Source: Syntrophorhabdales bacterium
GTDB lineage: Bacteria > Desulfobacterota > Syntrophorhabdia > Syntrophorhabdales > WCHB1-27
Direction: 5' to 3'
Assembly (NCBI GenBank): GCA_035541455.1
Contig: DATKNH010000020.1
Span: 4,985-68,984 of the forward strand
DNA length: 64,000 bases
Shown here piece after piece: positions 51,021 to 61,310 of this stretch. A program made the translations under genes and the position numbers. The notes beneath the pieces are model-generated. The model did not search any database. It had not been told where the DNA came from and was given only the letters and a program-made list of their open reading frames with translations. Each line of letters opens with the position of its first letter. The first letter of the stretch is position 1.

Positions 51021-54000
51021 ATGTCAGGGCTCAACGTTTACACCAGCAATCGAATGGAAAGGCTCGTAGAACAGCTGGCAGGGGTTGTTGCGGTACCTCT
51101 TTCCTCGCCCCTGGTAAGTGAGGTGATTGTTGTCCAGAGCAGGGGCATGGAGCGCTGGCTGTCGATACAGCTCGCAGCGAGGCTTGGTGTCTGGGCCAAT
51201 TGCCGATTCCCTTTTCCAAATCGCTTCATGTGGGAAGTATTAAGGGCGGTGGCTGGTAATGTGACTGACCTGGAGATTCTGAATCCGCAGGTAAACGCAT
51301 GGCGTATTATGAACATACTGCCCGGTTGCCTTGATCGGGAAGGATTTGAGAGCTTGCGCTTCTACCTTGCTGATGGCCAGCACAACCTCAAGAACCTCCA
51401 GCTGGCAGAGCGCATTGCAGATGTCTTTGATGCATACGCGATCTACCGCCCGGAACAGGCGCTCGGATGGGACAGGGGTATCGAGAACCACTGGCAGGCA
51501 CAACTTTGGCGCCTCCTCTTTCGAGGAGAGGGGAGCGCGCATCGCGCGGGCATCTGGCGGAGCGCGCTGGAAATACTCTGCTCCTGGCAGCAAACACCCC
51601 CTGCACGCAGCGCGGACGATTCCCGCGGAAGAGGCGGCCTGCCGGAGCGCCTCTCTATTTTCGGCATACCGACTCTGCCTCGTTATCACCTGGAGATTAT
51701 CAAAGCCCTTGCGAACCTCATCCCGGTTCATCTCTTTCTCTTTAATCCTTCGAAGGAATATTGGGCAGACATTGTACCTGAGAGAAAGATTGTCAGCATA
51801 GAGAGGGCGGAAGCAGGGAAGTCTTCCTCCGGTGCGGATTTACACTTTGACGTAGGCAATCCTTTGCTTGCATCGTTTGGAAGACTGGGACGGGATTTCT
51901 TTCGCGCTGTTTTCGACCTACAGCCGGAACCCTCGTCTGATTTTATCGATCCGGGAGAAGATTCACTGCTCTCGGCCATCCAGTCTGACATACTGACCTT
52001 GCGAAACAGGGGGCAGGACAGCCCTCAGACAGCGGTCAAATCTGCAGACTCTTCCTTGCAGATCCACGCCTGCCACAGCCCGTGGCGTGAGATCGAGATA
52101 CTGTATGACAGGCTGCTCTACCTTTTCGAGACGCGCAAGGGCCTTACCCCCAAGGACATCCTCGTTATGACGCCTGCCATAGAAATGTATGCGCCGTACA
52201 TCTCTGCGGTTTTTGATGCTTGTCAGGAGAAGTCGAAGCGAATCCCTTATTCCATTGCGGACAGGAGTCTCCCCTCGGAGAGCCTGGTCATAGATATCTT
52301 CCTGAAGATCACTGGTCTCTCGAGGAGCAGGCTTCAGGCCTCAGAGGTCATGGACATACTCAATGCGGATATTGTGAGGGACAGGTTTGGCCTCGCGGCC
52401 GAAGAGATCGATGTGATTCACCGATGGATTTTCGACACACGGATACGGTGGGGTATCGACGGAGAGCACAGGGCTGCTTTTGGTGTACCGCCCTTTGAAG
52501 CGAACAGCTGGAGAGCCGGCATGCAGCGACTCATCCTTGGTTATGCGTTGCGGGGGGATGATGAGAGCCTCTTTCTGAGCACGCTTCCTTACGGTGTTGA
52601 GGGGAGCGATGCAATGATACTCGGTAAATTTCTTCAATTTCTGGAGCAGCTGTTCGGCACGGTCCGAACGCTCGACAAACCGCGCGCGCTCGCTGAGTGG
52701 GGAGATACGCTCGATTCGTTGAGATCTGCCTTCATCACAGAGACTGCGGAAAATGCGGGGGATACACAGCTCCTGAGGAATGAGCTCAAAAAACTGCTCC
52801 ATCTTCAGGAGCTCTCCGGATTCGAACAGCCGGTGGAGATCGACGTGGTGCGCTACTATCTCTCGACACGGTTTCAGACTGAGAAGCGATCTGCGGGATT
52901 CCTCACTGGCGGCGTTACTTTTTGCGAGATGCTGCCCATGAGAAGCATCCCCTTTCGAGTAGTGGCTCTGATCGGCTTGAACAATGACGCTTATCCGCGG
53001 GAGGAAAGCCCGGTTGTCTTTGACCTGATCGCGCAGGACCCACAGCCAGGCGACCGTTCGCTGCGCGATGAGGACCGGTATCTCTTTCTGGAAGCTTTGC
53101 TTTCCGCTCGCGATGTTTTTTATATCAGCTACGTGGGCCAGAGCATCAAGGACAACAGTACGATCCCACCGTCGGTGCTCGTAAGCGAGCTCATTGATTA
53201 TTGTGAGCAGGGTTTTTCTTCAGACAAATCTTCCGTGACAGATTTTCTCATTACACAGCACCGACTACAACCATTCAATTTTTCGTATTTTGATAGTAAC
53301 GAACTGCTGCTCAGTTACTCGCAGGAGGATCTGGAAACGGCAATAGCGCGGACACAACCACACCAGGGAGCTCCTCCCTTTATAGCAGCACCATTGAAAG
53401 AGCCGCCGCCGGAATGGAAGCACGTCTCGATACAGGACTTGAAAACGTTCTATGAGAATCCTGCGCGCTACTTTCTCAGGTACAGATTCGGGATGTACCT
53501 GGAAGAGTCCGATCGTCTTCTCGAGGGGGAGGAGCCCTTTACGATTGACAGGCTCGATCAGTACGCTCTTGGGGGCCTGTTGCTCAAACGTGCCCTGTCC
53601 GGTCAAGAGCTGGATCACTACCTTGATGTGGTGCGTGCGCAAGGCATTCTTCCTCCGGGAGTGCCCGGGGACCTGGCGTTCGCAGATTTGAAGAGGAGGG
53701 TAGAGACATATGCGGAAGTGATCAAGCCGCATATTGCCACGCTGCCTCTGGCGCCTCTCGCGGTGGATTTTGAGATCGGTGGGTTCAGAGTATCAGGCCG
53801 TCTCGATAATATCTGGTCGTCGGGGAGTCTTTTTTACCGTTTTGCAAAAGACAGGGGCAAATATCAGTTCGGGGCGTGGATCGATCACCTGATCCTTAAC
53901 ATGATGGGAAATCCCGAATACCCGCGTACGAGTCGCTGTATTGCCACGGACAAGGCGTGGCGCTTTGAGCCTGTCGAAAACGCGGCAACGATAATCGAAT

Positions 54001-54281
54001 CGCTCCTCCGCTGCTACTGGCAGGGCCTCAGCGAGCCCCTCAGATTTTTTCCGGAATCTTCGTTCGCATTTGCAGAACGAATAAAGAGGGATCACGATAT
54101 TGCTGATGCCACGAGCGCTGCACGGGCCAAGTGGGAAGGGTCTCCGCCATCGGTTCGTGGTGAGGGCGAGGATCCCTATCTCAATCTCTGCTTCAGTGGG
54201 ACTGCGCTTTTTGACGGTCCTTTCGGGGAAGTATCACGGATGCTTCTTGATCCTTTACTGGAACGCAGGCAGAAGGCATGA
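51021..54281 (+). CDS. recC: Exodeoxyribonuclease V gamma subunit RecC
   Basis: M(S)GLNVYTSNRMERLVEQLA.. is a typical RecC N-terminus. About 1086 aa. Its stop overlaps the recB start. Confidence 0.9.
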   Translation: MSGLNVYTSNRMERLVEQLAGVVAVPLSSPLVSEVIVVQSRGMERWLSIQLAARLGVWANCRFPFPNRFMWEVLRAVAGNVTDLEILNPQVNAWRIMNILPGCLDREGFESLRFYLADGQHNLKNLQLAERIADVFDAYAIYRPEQALGWDRGIENHWQAQLWRLLFRGEGSAHRAGIWRSALEILCSWQQTPPARSADDSRGRGGLPERLSIFGIPTLPRYHLEIIKALANLIPVHLFLFNPSKEYWADIVPERKIVSIERAEAGKSSSGADLHFDVGNPLLASFGRLGRDFFRAVFDLQPEPSSDFIDPGEDSLLSAIQSDILTLRNRGQDSPQTAVKSADSSLQIHACHSPWREIEILYDRLLYLFETRKGLTPKDILVMTPAIEMYAPYISAVFDACQEKSKRIPYSIADRSLPSESLVIDIFLKITGLSRSRLQASEVMDILNADIVRDRFGLAAEEIDVIHRWIFDTRIRWGIDGEHRAAFGVPPFEANSWRAGMQRLILGYALRGDDESLFLSTLPYGVEGSDAMILGKFLQFLEQLFGTVRTLDKPRALAEWGDTLDSLRSAFITETAENAGDTQLLRNELKKLLHLQELSGFEQPVEIDVVRYYLSTRFQTEKRSAGFLTGGVTFCEMLPMRSIPFRVVALIGLNNDAYPREESPVVFDLIAQDPQPGDRSLRDEDRYLFLEALLSARDVFYISYVGQSIKDNSTIPPSVLVSELIDYCEQGFSSDKSSVTDFLITQHRLQPFNFSYFDSNELLLSYSQEDLETAIARTQPHQGAPPFIAAPLKEPPPEWKHVSIQDLKTFYENPARYFLRYRFGMYLEESDRLLEGEEPFTIDRLDQYALGGLLLKRALSGQELDHYLDVVRAQGILPPGVPGDLAFADLKRRVETYAEVIKPHIATLPLAPLAVDFEIGGFRVSGRLDNIWSSGSLFYRFAKDRGKYQFGAWIDHLILNMMGNPEYPRTSRCIATDKAWRFEPVENAATIIESLLRCYWQGLSEPLRFFPESSFAFAERIKRDHDIADATSAARAKWEGSPPSVRGEGEDPYLNLCFSGTALFDGPFGEVSRMLLDPLLERRQKA

Positions 54282-57200
54282 TGAGTGTAAAGCCTCCCGA
54301 ATCTCCTCAACTAACGTTCGAGCCGCTCGATGTCCCTCTGCAGGGGTGGAACCTCATCGAAGCAAGCGCCGGCACGGGTAAGACCTATGCCCTGGCAGGG
54401 CTCTATCTGAGGCTGCTCATCGAAAAAGGTCTTTCCACCGGAGAGATCCTGGTGGTTACGTTCACCAAGGCAGCAACGGATGAGCTCAAAAGCAGGATAC
54501 GGGCGAGGATCAAGGATGCGCTTCGAGCTTTTGCACACGGATCAGATGGCGATCCTTTTCTCGCGGGTCTTCTGTCGCGCACAGCCAATCATGAGCGGTC
54601 CAGACGCCTGTTGATGGACGCTCTGCGAAGCTTCGACGAGAGTGCTATTTTTACCATTCACGGATTTTGCCTGCGGGCCCTGCATGCTCACGCATTCGAA
54701 AGCGGCTGCTTATTTGATACTGAGCTGGTGGAAGACGAAACCGATATGATCAAGGAAGTCATCCACGACTTCTGGAGAATTCAATTTTATCAGGGCTCGG
54801 CCCAGCTCTTCAGTTGCATCCGGAAATATGTTGACCCGAAAGAACTTCTGGACCTGGCGCGCCTCTGCGTCAGAGACCCTTTTGTACGCGTGTTGAGGGG
54901 AGCATGCACTGCGGGAAACGCTGCGCTACAGGGATTGGAGCGGGACTGCTCCGAGCTCTTCGCCGATGCCGCTATTTCCTGGGGGACGTCACGCCAGGAT
55001 ATATATCATATCCTCGCGAATGATCCGGGCCTCAGCCGGTCCATCTATACACAGAAAGCCGTGGATAGGGTCGTTCGGGAGCTTGACAGTTATTTCTCAT
55101 CCGGCTACTTTCTGCCCGTTCCCGATACCCTTAACTACTTCTGCTTTGATCCACCTGTCAGGGCCGGCGCAGTAAAGAAACAGGCCTCTCCTCCGGCGCA
55201 TCCCTTTTTCAAGCAGTGCGAGCTGCTGCGCAGCCGGCTGGAAGAGGCGACCGTGGGTTGCGAGCGGGAAGTAGCGGAGCTTCGCAAGGAACTGATCGGC
55301 TTCGTAAGGCGCGAATCGTCAAAGAGAAAACTGGCGAAGAATGTACGCGCTTTCAGCGATCTCCTGCTCGATTTGCACGGCGCCCTTGAGGGAGAGGGAG
55401 GAGGGGAGCTTGCTGCAGAGATCAGAAAGCAATATAAGGCTGCGCTCATCGACGAATTTCAGGACACCGATCCTCTGCAGTACGCTATATTCAAGCGCAT
55501 CTACGGGCACGAAGGGTCAGCTGTCTTTCTCATAGGCGACCCCAAGCAGGCCATTTTTGGGTTCCGGGGAGCTGATCTCTTCTCGTACATACGAGCCTCG
55601 GGTGATGTGGCGGAGCGCTTCACCCTCGACAGGAACTGGCGGTCTTCAGAACCGCTCATCAGGGCTGTCAACTCTTTATTTGGCAGATGTGAAGCCCCGT
55701 TTCTTCTTGAGCCGGTGCGGTACGTGCCGGTTAAGGAGGGCGAGGTAGCATCAGCGGAGCTCACCATAAAGGGTAGCGTGGATGCTTCACCGCTCAAAGT
55801 GTGGTTCCTTAACCGGCAGGATGGAAAGCCGCTTACAAGAGGTGCTGCGCGACAGATGCTCTACAGGGCTGTCTGTGCTGAAATTGGAAGAATTCTCGAA
55901 GCAGGCCGAAGGAACGAAATGCATCTAGGCGGACGTGCTGTTGGTGCCGGAGACATGGCGGTGATCGTGCGTACTAACCGGGAAGCACAGGGGATGCAGG
56001 CCGCGTTAAGGCGCGTGAATATACCTGCTGTCATCTATACCGGCGAGTCTGTATTCACGAGCGAGGAAGCCCGTGAATTGGAGCGCATAGCGCAGGCGGT
56101 CTCCGATCCCTCCGATGACGGCAGGCTCAGGACCGCTCTGGCAACGAAAATGCTGGGCGTCACAGGAGACGAACTCGCTGCCCTCATGGAGAATGAACCT
56201 CTCTGGGATCAGTGGCTCACACGGTTCGAAGAGTACCGGCTGCTCTGGTCGCATGCGGGCTTCATCAGCATGGCCCGGACGCTCCTTGCGCGCGAACACG
56301 TGAAGCGGCTCCTGGGGTCGTTCCCTGACGGAGAACGGCGTGTGACCAATCTGCTCCATGTACTCGAACTTCTCCATAGGGCCTCAACAGAGGAGAAACT
56401 GGGCATGGAGGGGCTTCTCGGATGGCTGGCTGAGAGGCGCCAGTCGGTCGGCGATGTTCCGCCCGACGAGCATCAGATGAGACTGGAGACAGATGAACTG
56501 GCAGTGAAAATCGTAACCGTGCACAAGAGTAAGGGTCTTGAATATCCCATAGTCTTTTGCCCCTTCCTGTGGGGTGATTCCAAGTCTGAACAACCGGTGT
56601 TCGCCTATCATCCCAGGGAGGAGGAATATTGCTCGGTTGTTGATGTGTCTGTTAACCCGGAGGAAGCGGCAATGGAGTGTGCCCGAACAGAGCAGCTGGC
56701 AGAGAACATCAGGCTGACCTATGTGGCGCTCACGCGCGCGAAGAACAGATGTTACATGGCATGGGGCTGCATTAAGGATTCCGAGACGTCGGCGCTCGCG
56801 TACCTGCTTCACGGTGAAGCCTCAGGGGGCTGCAATCTGTCGGAGCTTGGAAATCACGTCAAGGAGAGCCCGGATCAAGATCTCCTCGCCGAGATCGAGA
56901 CTATTGCACAAGGGTCTCAGGGCGCTATTGAAATAGCACCCCCTCCGGAGGAAGAGGTGTCCCCCGGGCTCACATCACAGCAGCAACCTGAATTTCTCAC
57001 CGCCAGAAGTTTTACAACAGGCATCGAGCTGGATTGGCGGGTTTCCAGCTTTTCGGCGATTACCTCAGGAAAAGAGGAGGCGGCAGATGTGCCCGACCGA
57101 GATGAGGGGCGTACCGGGGAAGCTTTGCCGTGGGAGGAAGCTGAGCGTGTGCCTGAAGCCGAAGAGACTTCCATCTTTTCCTTCCCCGCAGGAGCGACAG

Positions 57201-57898
57201 CAGGAAACTGCCTGCACGCTATTTTCGAGCGGCTCGACTTTGCCTGTTTTGAATCGGATAACGCACGGGCACTGGTGTCTGCGATGTTAAACCGTTATGG
57301 TTTTGCTCCGGACTGGACAGATACTGTTTGCCTAATGGTTAAGGACGTCCTGACCGCTCCACTGGAGAAGGAGAGCTCTCTCACCCTTTCGACCCTCGCG
57401 CCTTCCCATCGTATTCATGAGCTGGAGTTCCACCTGCCCCTGTCATTGATCACGCCTGATGCGCTGGGAACTCTTTTCACCTCCCGGGCGGGCCGCAGTA
57501 CGGGCTCTACCGGCTCTCTCATCAGGAGGCTCGGATTCAAGCCGGTGAAGGGTATACTCAAAGGCTACATAGACCTCGTCTTCCAGCACGATCGCAAATA
57601 TTACCTTGTCGATTGGAAATCAAATTATTTGGGCCCGAAAGCGGTGGACTACGGGGCAGAAAGACTAGAACAGGTGATGGCGCAGGAGCTTTATACGCTC
57701 CAATACCATATCTACACGCTTGCCCTGCATCGCTTCCTGGAATTGCGGATACCAGATTACTCGTATACTACTCACTTCGGCGGCGTTTACTACCTCTTCC
57801 TCAGGGGCATCAGACCGGGCTGCAGCGAGGGCATCTTTTTTCACCGGCCTTCGCCTGATTTTATTGATTCTCTCGGTGAATATGTGTCGGGAGCGTAA
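54278..57898 (+). CDS. recB: Exodeoxyribonuclease V beta subunit RecB (helicase-nuclease)
   Basis: UvrD-type motifs EASAGTGKTY and ALIDEFQDTDP. C-terminal PD-(D/E)xK nuclease GYIDLVFQHDRKYYLVDWKSNYLG. Confidence 0.95.
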   Translation: MMSVKPPESPQLTFEPLDVPLQGWNLIEASAGTGKTYALAGLYLRLLIEKGLSTGEILVVTFTKAATDELKSRIRARIKDALRAFAHGSDGDPFLAGLLSRTANHERSRRLLMDALRSFDESAIFTIHGFCLRALHAHAFESGCLFDTELVEDETDMIKEVIHDFWRIQFYQGSAQLFSCIRKYVDPKELLDLARLCVRDPFVRVLRGACTAGNAALQGLERDCSELFADAAISWGTSRQDIYHILANDPGLSRSIYTQKAVDRVVRELDSYFSSGYFLPVPDTLNYFCFDPPVRAGAVKKQASPPAHPFFKQCELLRSRLEEATVGCEREVAELRKELIGFVRRESSKRKLAKNVRAFSDLLLDLHGALEGEGGGELAAEIRKQYKAALIDEFQDTDPLQYAIFKRIYGHEGSAVFLIGDPKQAIFGFRGADLFSYIRASGDVAERFTLDRNWRSSEPLIRAVNSLFGRCEAPFLLEPVRYVPVKEGEVASAELTIKGSVDASPLKVWFLNRQDGKPLTRGAARQMLYRAVCAEIGRILEAGRRNEMHLGGRAVGAGDMAVIVRTNREAQGMQAALRRVNIPAVIYTGESVFTSEEARELERIAQAVSDPSDDGRLRTALATKMLGVTGDELAALMENEPLWDQWLTRFEEYRLLWSHAGFISMARTLLAREHVKRLLGSFPDGERRVTNLLHVLELLHRASTEEKLGMEGLLGWLAERRQSVGDVPPDEHQMRLETDELAVKIVTVHKSKGLEYPIVFCPFLWGDSKSEQPVFAYHPREEEYCSVVDVSVNPEEAAMECARTEQLAENIRLTYVALTRAKNRCYMAWGCIKDSETSALAYLLHGEASGGCNLSELGNHVKESPDQDLLAEIETIAQGSQGAIEIAPPPEEEVSPGLTSQQQPEFLTARSFTTGIELDWRVSSFSAITSGKEEAADVPDRDEGRTGEALPWEEAERVPEAEETSIFSFPAGATAGNCLHAIFERLDFACFESDNARALVSAMLNRYGFAPDWTDTVCLMVKDVLTAPLEKESSLTLSTLAPSHRIHELEFHLPLSLITPDALGTLFTSRAGRSTGSTGSLIRRLGFKPVKGILKGYIDLVFQHDRKYYLVDWKSNYLGPKAVDYGAERLEQVMAQELYTLQYHIYTLALHRFLELRIPDYSYTTHFGGVYYLFLRGIRPGCSEGIFFHRPSPDFIDSLGEYVSGA

Positions 57899-57903
57899 GC
57901 GTC

Positions 57904-59754
57904 ATGAGCAGAGAAGATTCATATCAGCGGACAGAACACGCCGGCGTTCTTGACCTCCATTTCGCCGACTGGATGGTAAGGTTGTCGGCGGGCGTCTCTG
58001 CAGACGTTCTTGAAGACCTCCGCCTGGCGGCTGTACTTGCAAGTAATGCCGTGGGAAAGGGAAACGTGTGTGTGGCCCTGGCAGATTGGGCGGCAGAGCC
58101 CATCGGGAGCAGAGATGCCCTCGGCACTCACTCAACACACTACCCTAATCTCGCGAAGTGGGTGAAGAGCCTGAGCACAACGCCGGTTGTCGGGAGAGCG
58201 GGAGAATTCAAGCCGCTCATTCTAGATCGGAGTTATCGGCTGTACCTGCATCGCTACTGGGATTACGAGGGTGAGCTGGCGAGTGCGCTCCGTGCAAAAG
58301 CTCGAAGCCCGAAGAGGTCGATAAATGATGGGCTCATGGAAGACAGCCTTCGACGACTCTTCCCTGATAAACAAGGAGAAGAGTTAAACTGGCAGAGAAT
58401 AGCCGCGCTGGCGGCAATGCAGAACGGCCTCACGATAATCTCTGGAGGTCCGGGAACAGGCAAAACATTTACCATGGCGAGAATTCTCGCGCTCATGGTG
58501 GAGCACGCACATGGTCAGAGGCCGGCCATTGCCCTGGCAGCGCCCACCGGCAAAGCAGCAGCCAAGCTGAGAGCAGTGATACAAGAGAGTAAGGCGGGCA
58601 TCGATTGTTCGAATGATGTGAAAGCCCGGATACCGGAGGAGACATCGACGCTCCACCGTCTTCTGGGAGCACGTGGCAGAGCGAGCTTCAGGTTTAATAA
58701 AGATAATCCGCTCCCCTACGACGTAGTTGTGGTAGATGAGGCGTCGATGGTCGACCTTCCGCTCATGGCGAACTTGGCGAGTGCACTTAAGGAAGATGGC
58801 AGGCTTATCCTTCTCGGTGACAAGGAGCAGCTGGCATCGGTGGAGCCGGGAGCAGTCTTTGGCGACATCTGTGAGGCTGCGGGTGCCAATACGTTTTCTG
58901 CAGCATTCAGAAAACAGGTTCGGCGATTTATTACTCATGGACTTCCTGCGAACGAGCAGAACATCACACCGTTGGCTGGTTCAGCAGTGATGCTGGCGAG
59001 GAACTACCGCTTCGGCGGGCGGAGCGGCATAGGCGTGTTGAGCGATCTGATTAAGACGGGAGAGGGCAGGGCAGCTCTTGAGCTGCTCAAAGGCGCTACG
59101 TTCAAAGACATTTCGTGGCGGGAGGTCCCGTCGGCAGAGCGCCTGGCTCATGCATTGGAACAGAGCGTGCTTAAGTATCACTCCGGTTATCTGAGAGCGG
59201 ATGAGCCCGCAGAAGCTTTCGCTCTCTTCAGCAGATTTCATATGCTCTGTGCACTTCGTGAAGGTCCTTACGGAGTTACGGCCATCAACCGTACAATCCA
59301 GGAACTGGCCGCCAGGCGTGGCCTGATGCGGCGGCAAGGCAGATGGTACCGAGGACAACCTCTTATGATAACCGCAAATGACTACAGGTTGAACCTCTTC
59401 AACGGAGATGTGGGCATTATTCTACAGGACCCGGAAACAGCGAGCCTGAGAGTTTTCTTCCCAACGGAAAAGAGTGCCTTCAAGAAAGTCCTTCCCGGCA
59501 GACTCACAGCCTACGAGGCAGCGCACGCTAGTACTGTTCACAAAAGCCAGGGATCCGAATTTGACCATGTCCTCCTTTTGCTGCCGGACAGACATTCCGA
59601 AGTCGTATCGAGAGAGCTCGTATACACTGCTGTGACACGGGCGAGAGACCGGGTTGACATCTGGGGTAGTGAAGAGGCCTTTATCGCGGCGGTTGCCCGG
59701 CGGACTCATCGGGTGTCGGGCTTGACGGATCGGCTGAGGGAGAACGGAGAGTGA
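57904..59754 (+). CDS. recD: Exodeoxyribonuclease V alpha subunit RecD
   Basis: Walker A ISGGPGTGKTF, VVVDEASMVD, ..TVHKSQGSEF.. Confidence 0.9.
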   Translation: MSREDSYQRTEHAGVLDLHFADWMVRLSAGVSADVLEDLRLAAVLASNAVGKGNVCVALADWAAEPIGSRDALGTHSTHYPNLAKWVKSLSTTPVVGRAGEFKPLILDRSYRLYLHRYWDYEGELASALRAKARSPKRSINDGLMEDSLRRLFPDKQGEELNWQRIAALAAMQNGLTIISGGPGTGKTFTMARILALMVEHAHGQRPAIALAAPTGKAAAKLRAVIQESKAGIDCSNDVKARIPEETSTLHRLLGARGRASFRFNKDNPLPYDVVVVDEASMVDLPLMANLASALKEDGRLILLGDKEQLASVEPGAVFGDICEAAGANTFSAAFRKQVRRFITHGLPANEQNITPLAGSAVMLARNYRFGGRSGIGVLSDLIKTGEGRAALELLKGATFKDISWREVPSAERLAHALEQSVLKYHSGYLRADEPAEAFALFSRFHMLCALREGPYGVTAINRTIQELAARRGLMRRQGRWYRGQPLMITANDYRLNLFNGDVGIILQDPETASLRVFFPTEKSAFKKVLPGRLTAYEAAHASTVHKSQGSEFDHVLLLLPDRHSEVVSRELVYTAVTRARDRVDIWGSEEAFIAAVARRTHRVSGLTDRLRENGE

Positions 59755-59875
59755 TCTCTGGCAGGGTATTTGCTGAGTCTTTCAACAAGGGTCCTGTCCA
59801 GAGATGCCGACTGAAGATGCAGAGGGCGTTGAGGAAGGGATGTGGCGTAGGCGGTGCTCCTGTGAGTGAGGCGAG

Positions 59876-60163
59876 ATGCGAGATCTGCTCCATAACTTTT
59901 TAGTGCTATGCGGCGCCGCACTGGTGGCATTGAGGCTGTATCCCGCCAAACCAGGAGGGTGGATCTCAAGACTGTTCCTGGATGATGTCATACATGTGCG
60001 CATCGAAGAAGCCACTGTTTATGTGATCTCCTTCTTTGGCTTCACATCAAGCGCGTACCAGCAGTTGGCATCCAATTTCGACTCGCTGGCTCATGTATTA
60101 GCTACCTGCCTGCAGGCTGTGATGATAGGATTTGCTTTCTACCTGGTTACCCGCAAGATATAG
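59876..60163 (+). CDS. Hypothetical small membrane protein
   Basis: 95 aa with hydrophobic N- and C-terminal segments (FLVLCGAALVAL, AVMIGFAFYLV). The RBS is weak and no family was recognised. Confidence 0.35.
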   Translation: MRDLLHNFLVLCGAALVALRLYPAKPGGWISRLFLDDVIHVRIEEATVYVISFFGFTSSAYQQLASNFDSLAHVLATCLQAVMIGFAFYLVTRKI

Positions 60164-60250
60164 CAGGTGGGTCTTTGCCGTCTCTCGCGGTGCACGCATG
60201 GATGATTCCTGCAACGTGATACACTCGACAGCTCAGCGCGGCCTATGTTC

Positions 60251-60709
60251 CTACGAAAAAGTGGCCTGCAGGATTTCAAATGTGGTGTCGTATATCAACG
60301 GGTCGCGCGATTTCCTGGGGCCTGCGACATTGAGCACCTCAATGTGATTTTCTGCCACCCAGGAACGCAGCATCTGCGTCGCCTCTCGTACGGTAAGTCT
60401 CTTCATATCGAGATGGAGCCAGGGTCGGTCGTGCTTTACGGCCATGGCTTGAGTATTGGCTGAGCCTTCAGTGAGACTGCCATGGGATATGATAAGTGTG
60501 CCGTCGGAATGGATGACGTTCTGTTCAGTTCTTTGAGGATAGCTCGCGGTGCGCGTCTCCTTGACCCGGTAGCGGCTTGGGATCGGCCCATCTTCTGCTT
60601 TTCTGCCTTTAGGGACAAATCCCCCGTGGGGAATGGCGCGTTGTATAGCAAAGTCCAAAGCCGCCCTGTCAGCGCCTGTCTGACCGCCGGAGACGATCTT
60701 TTTGAGCAT
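60251..60709 (-). CDS. SLOG-superfamily protein of the putative molybdenum-carrier / YpsA-like type
   Basis: N-terminal IVSGGQTGADRAALDFAI..GG..PKGR.AEDGPIP..Y.. and ..NVIHSDGTLII.. match the pattern I recall for this family. Confidence 0.7.
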   Translation of the reverse strand: MLKKIVSGGQTGADRAALDFAIQRAIPHGGFVPKGRKAEDGPIPSRYRVKETRTASYPQRTEQNVIHSDGTLIISHGSLTEGSANTQAMAVKHDRPWLHLDMKRLTVREATQMLRSWVAENHIEVLNVAGPRKSRDPLIYDTTFEILQATFS

Positions 60710-60920
60710 GATTTACTTATACCACACTTCTGTGCGCGTCGCTGCAAAAGAGCAGACTATAAGACTATACTCGCGGAGCGAACTACGACGGTCTTTGAGG
60801 AGGGACAGGAAGCTGCCTGGCAGAGACTTGCCTGCCATGCTTGAAATCTATCACTGTAAGACCTAAATTTATCGCACAGTCGGCCGGTTAAAGCAGGCGA
60901 GCCTTTTCTTCGGAGAGCTT

Positions 60921-61286
60921 ATGATAAAATCTATCGCCACAGGCGTCTGCGTGATGTGTCTCATTGTTCTTCTGTCCGCCTTTGTTTATGCACAGGAGAA
61001 CGCGTGCAGGTTCGAAGTCACACCGACTACAATCCACTTTTTTGATGTCTGGGGCGGTAGGGCAGAAATCAGGGTTACGGCTTCGTCACCTGACTGCAGG
61101 TTCAGTGTGGAGACCAAATATCCGTGGATCAGCTTCAGCGCAACACAGGACGGAACGGAAGGAAAAGTGGTGGTCACCGCTGAGGGCAACAATAGCTTGA
61201 CCCACAGGGTTGGCAGTGTTTTTGTTGATGGATGGGAAGTGAGCGTTATCCAGGCAGGGCCGCGGCGCGGTGGTGACAGCTCCTGA
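60921..61286 (+). CDS. Small secreted protein with a BACON/Ig-like all-beta domain
   Basis: Signal peptide MIKSIATGVCVMCLIVLLSAFVYAQ. Domain pattern C-F-V-P..I-V-A....C-F-V......WIS........G-V-V-V-A--N......R-G-V-V-G--V-V-Q. Confidence 0.55.
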   Translation: MIKSIATGVCVMCLIVLLSAFVYAQENACRFEVTPTTIHFFDVWGGRAEIRVTASSPDCRFSVETKYPWISFSATQDGTEGKVVVTAEGNNSLTHRVGSVFVDGWEVSVIQAGPRRGGDSS

Positions 61287-61310
61287 TTGCGAATACACAG
61301 GGGGGAGATC

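Noticed and set aside
60818-60832. TGGCAG-agac-TTGCC upstream of the secreted beta-domain gene, which looks like a sigma-54 promoter at first glance.
   Set aside because: The GG-to-GC spacing is 9 nt, not the invariant 10, so it does not fit the -24/-12 geometry. It is also part of a CTGCCtGGCAG palindrome.
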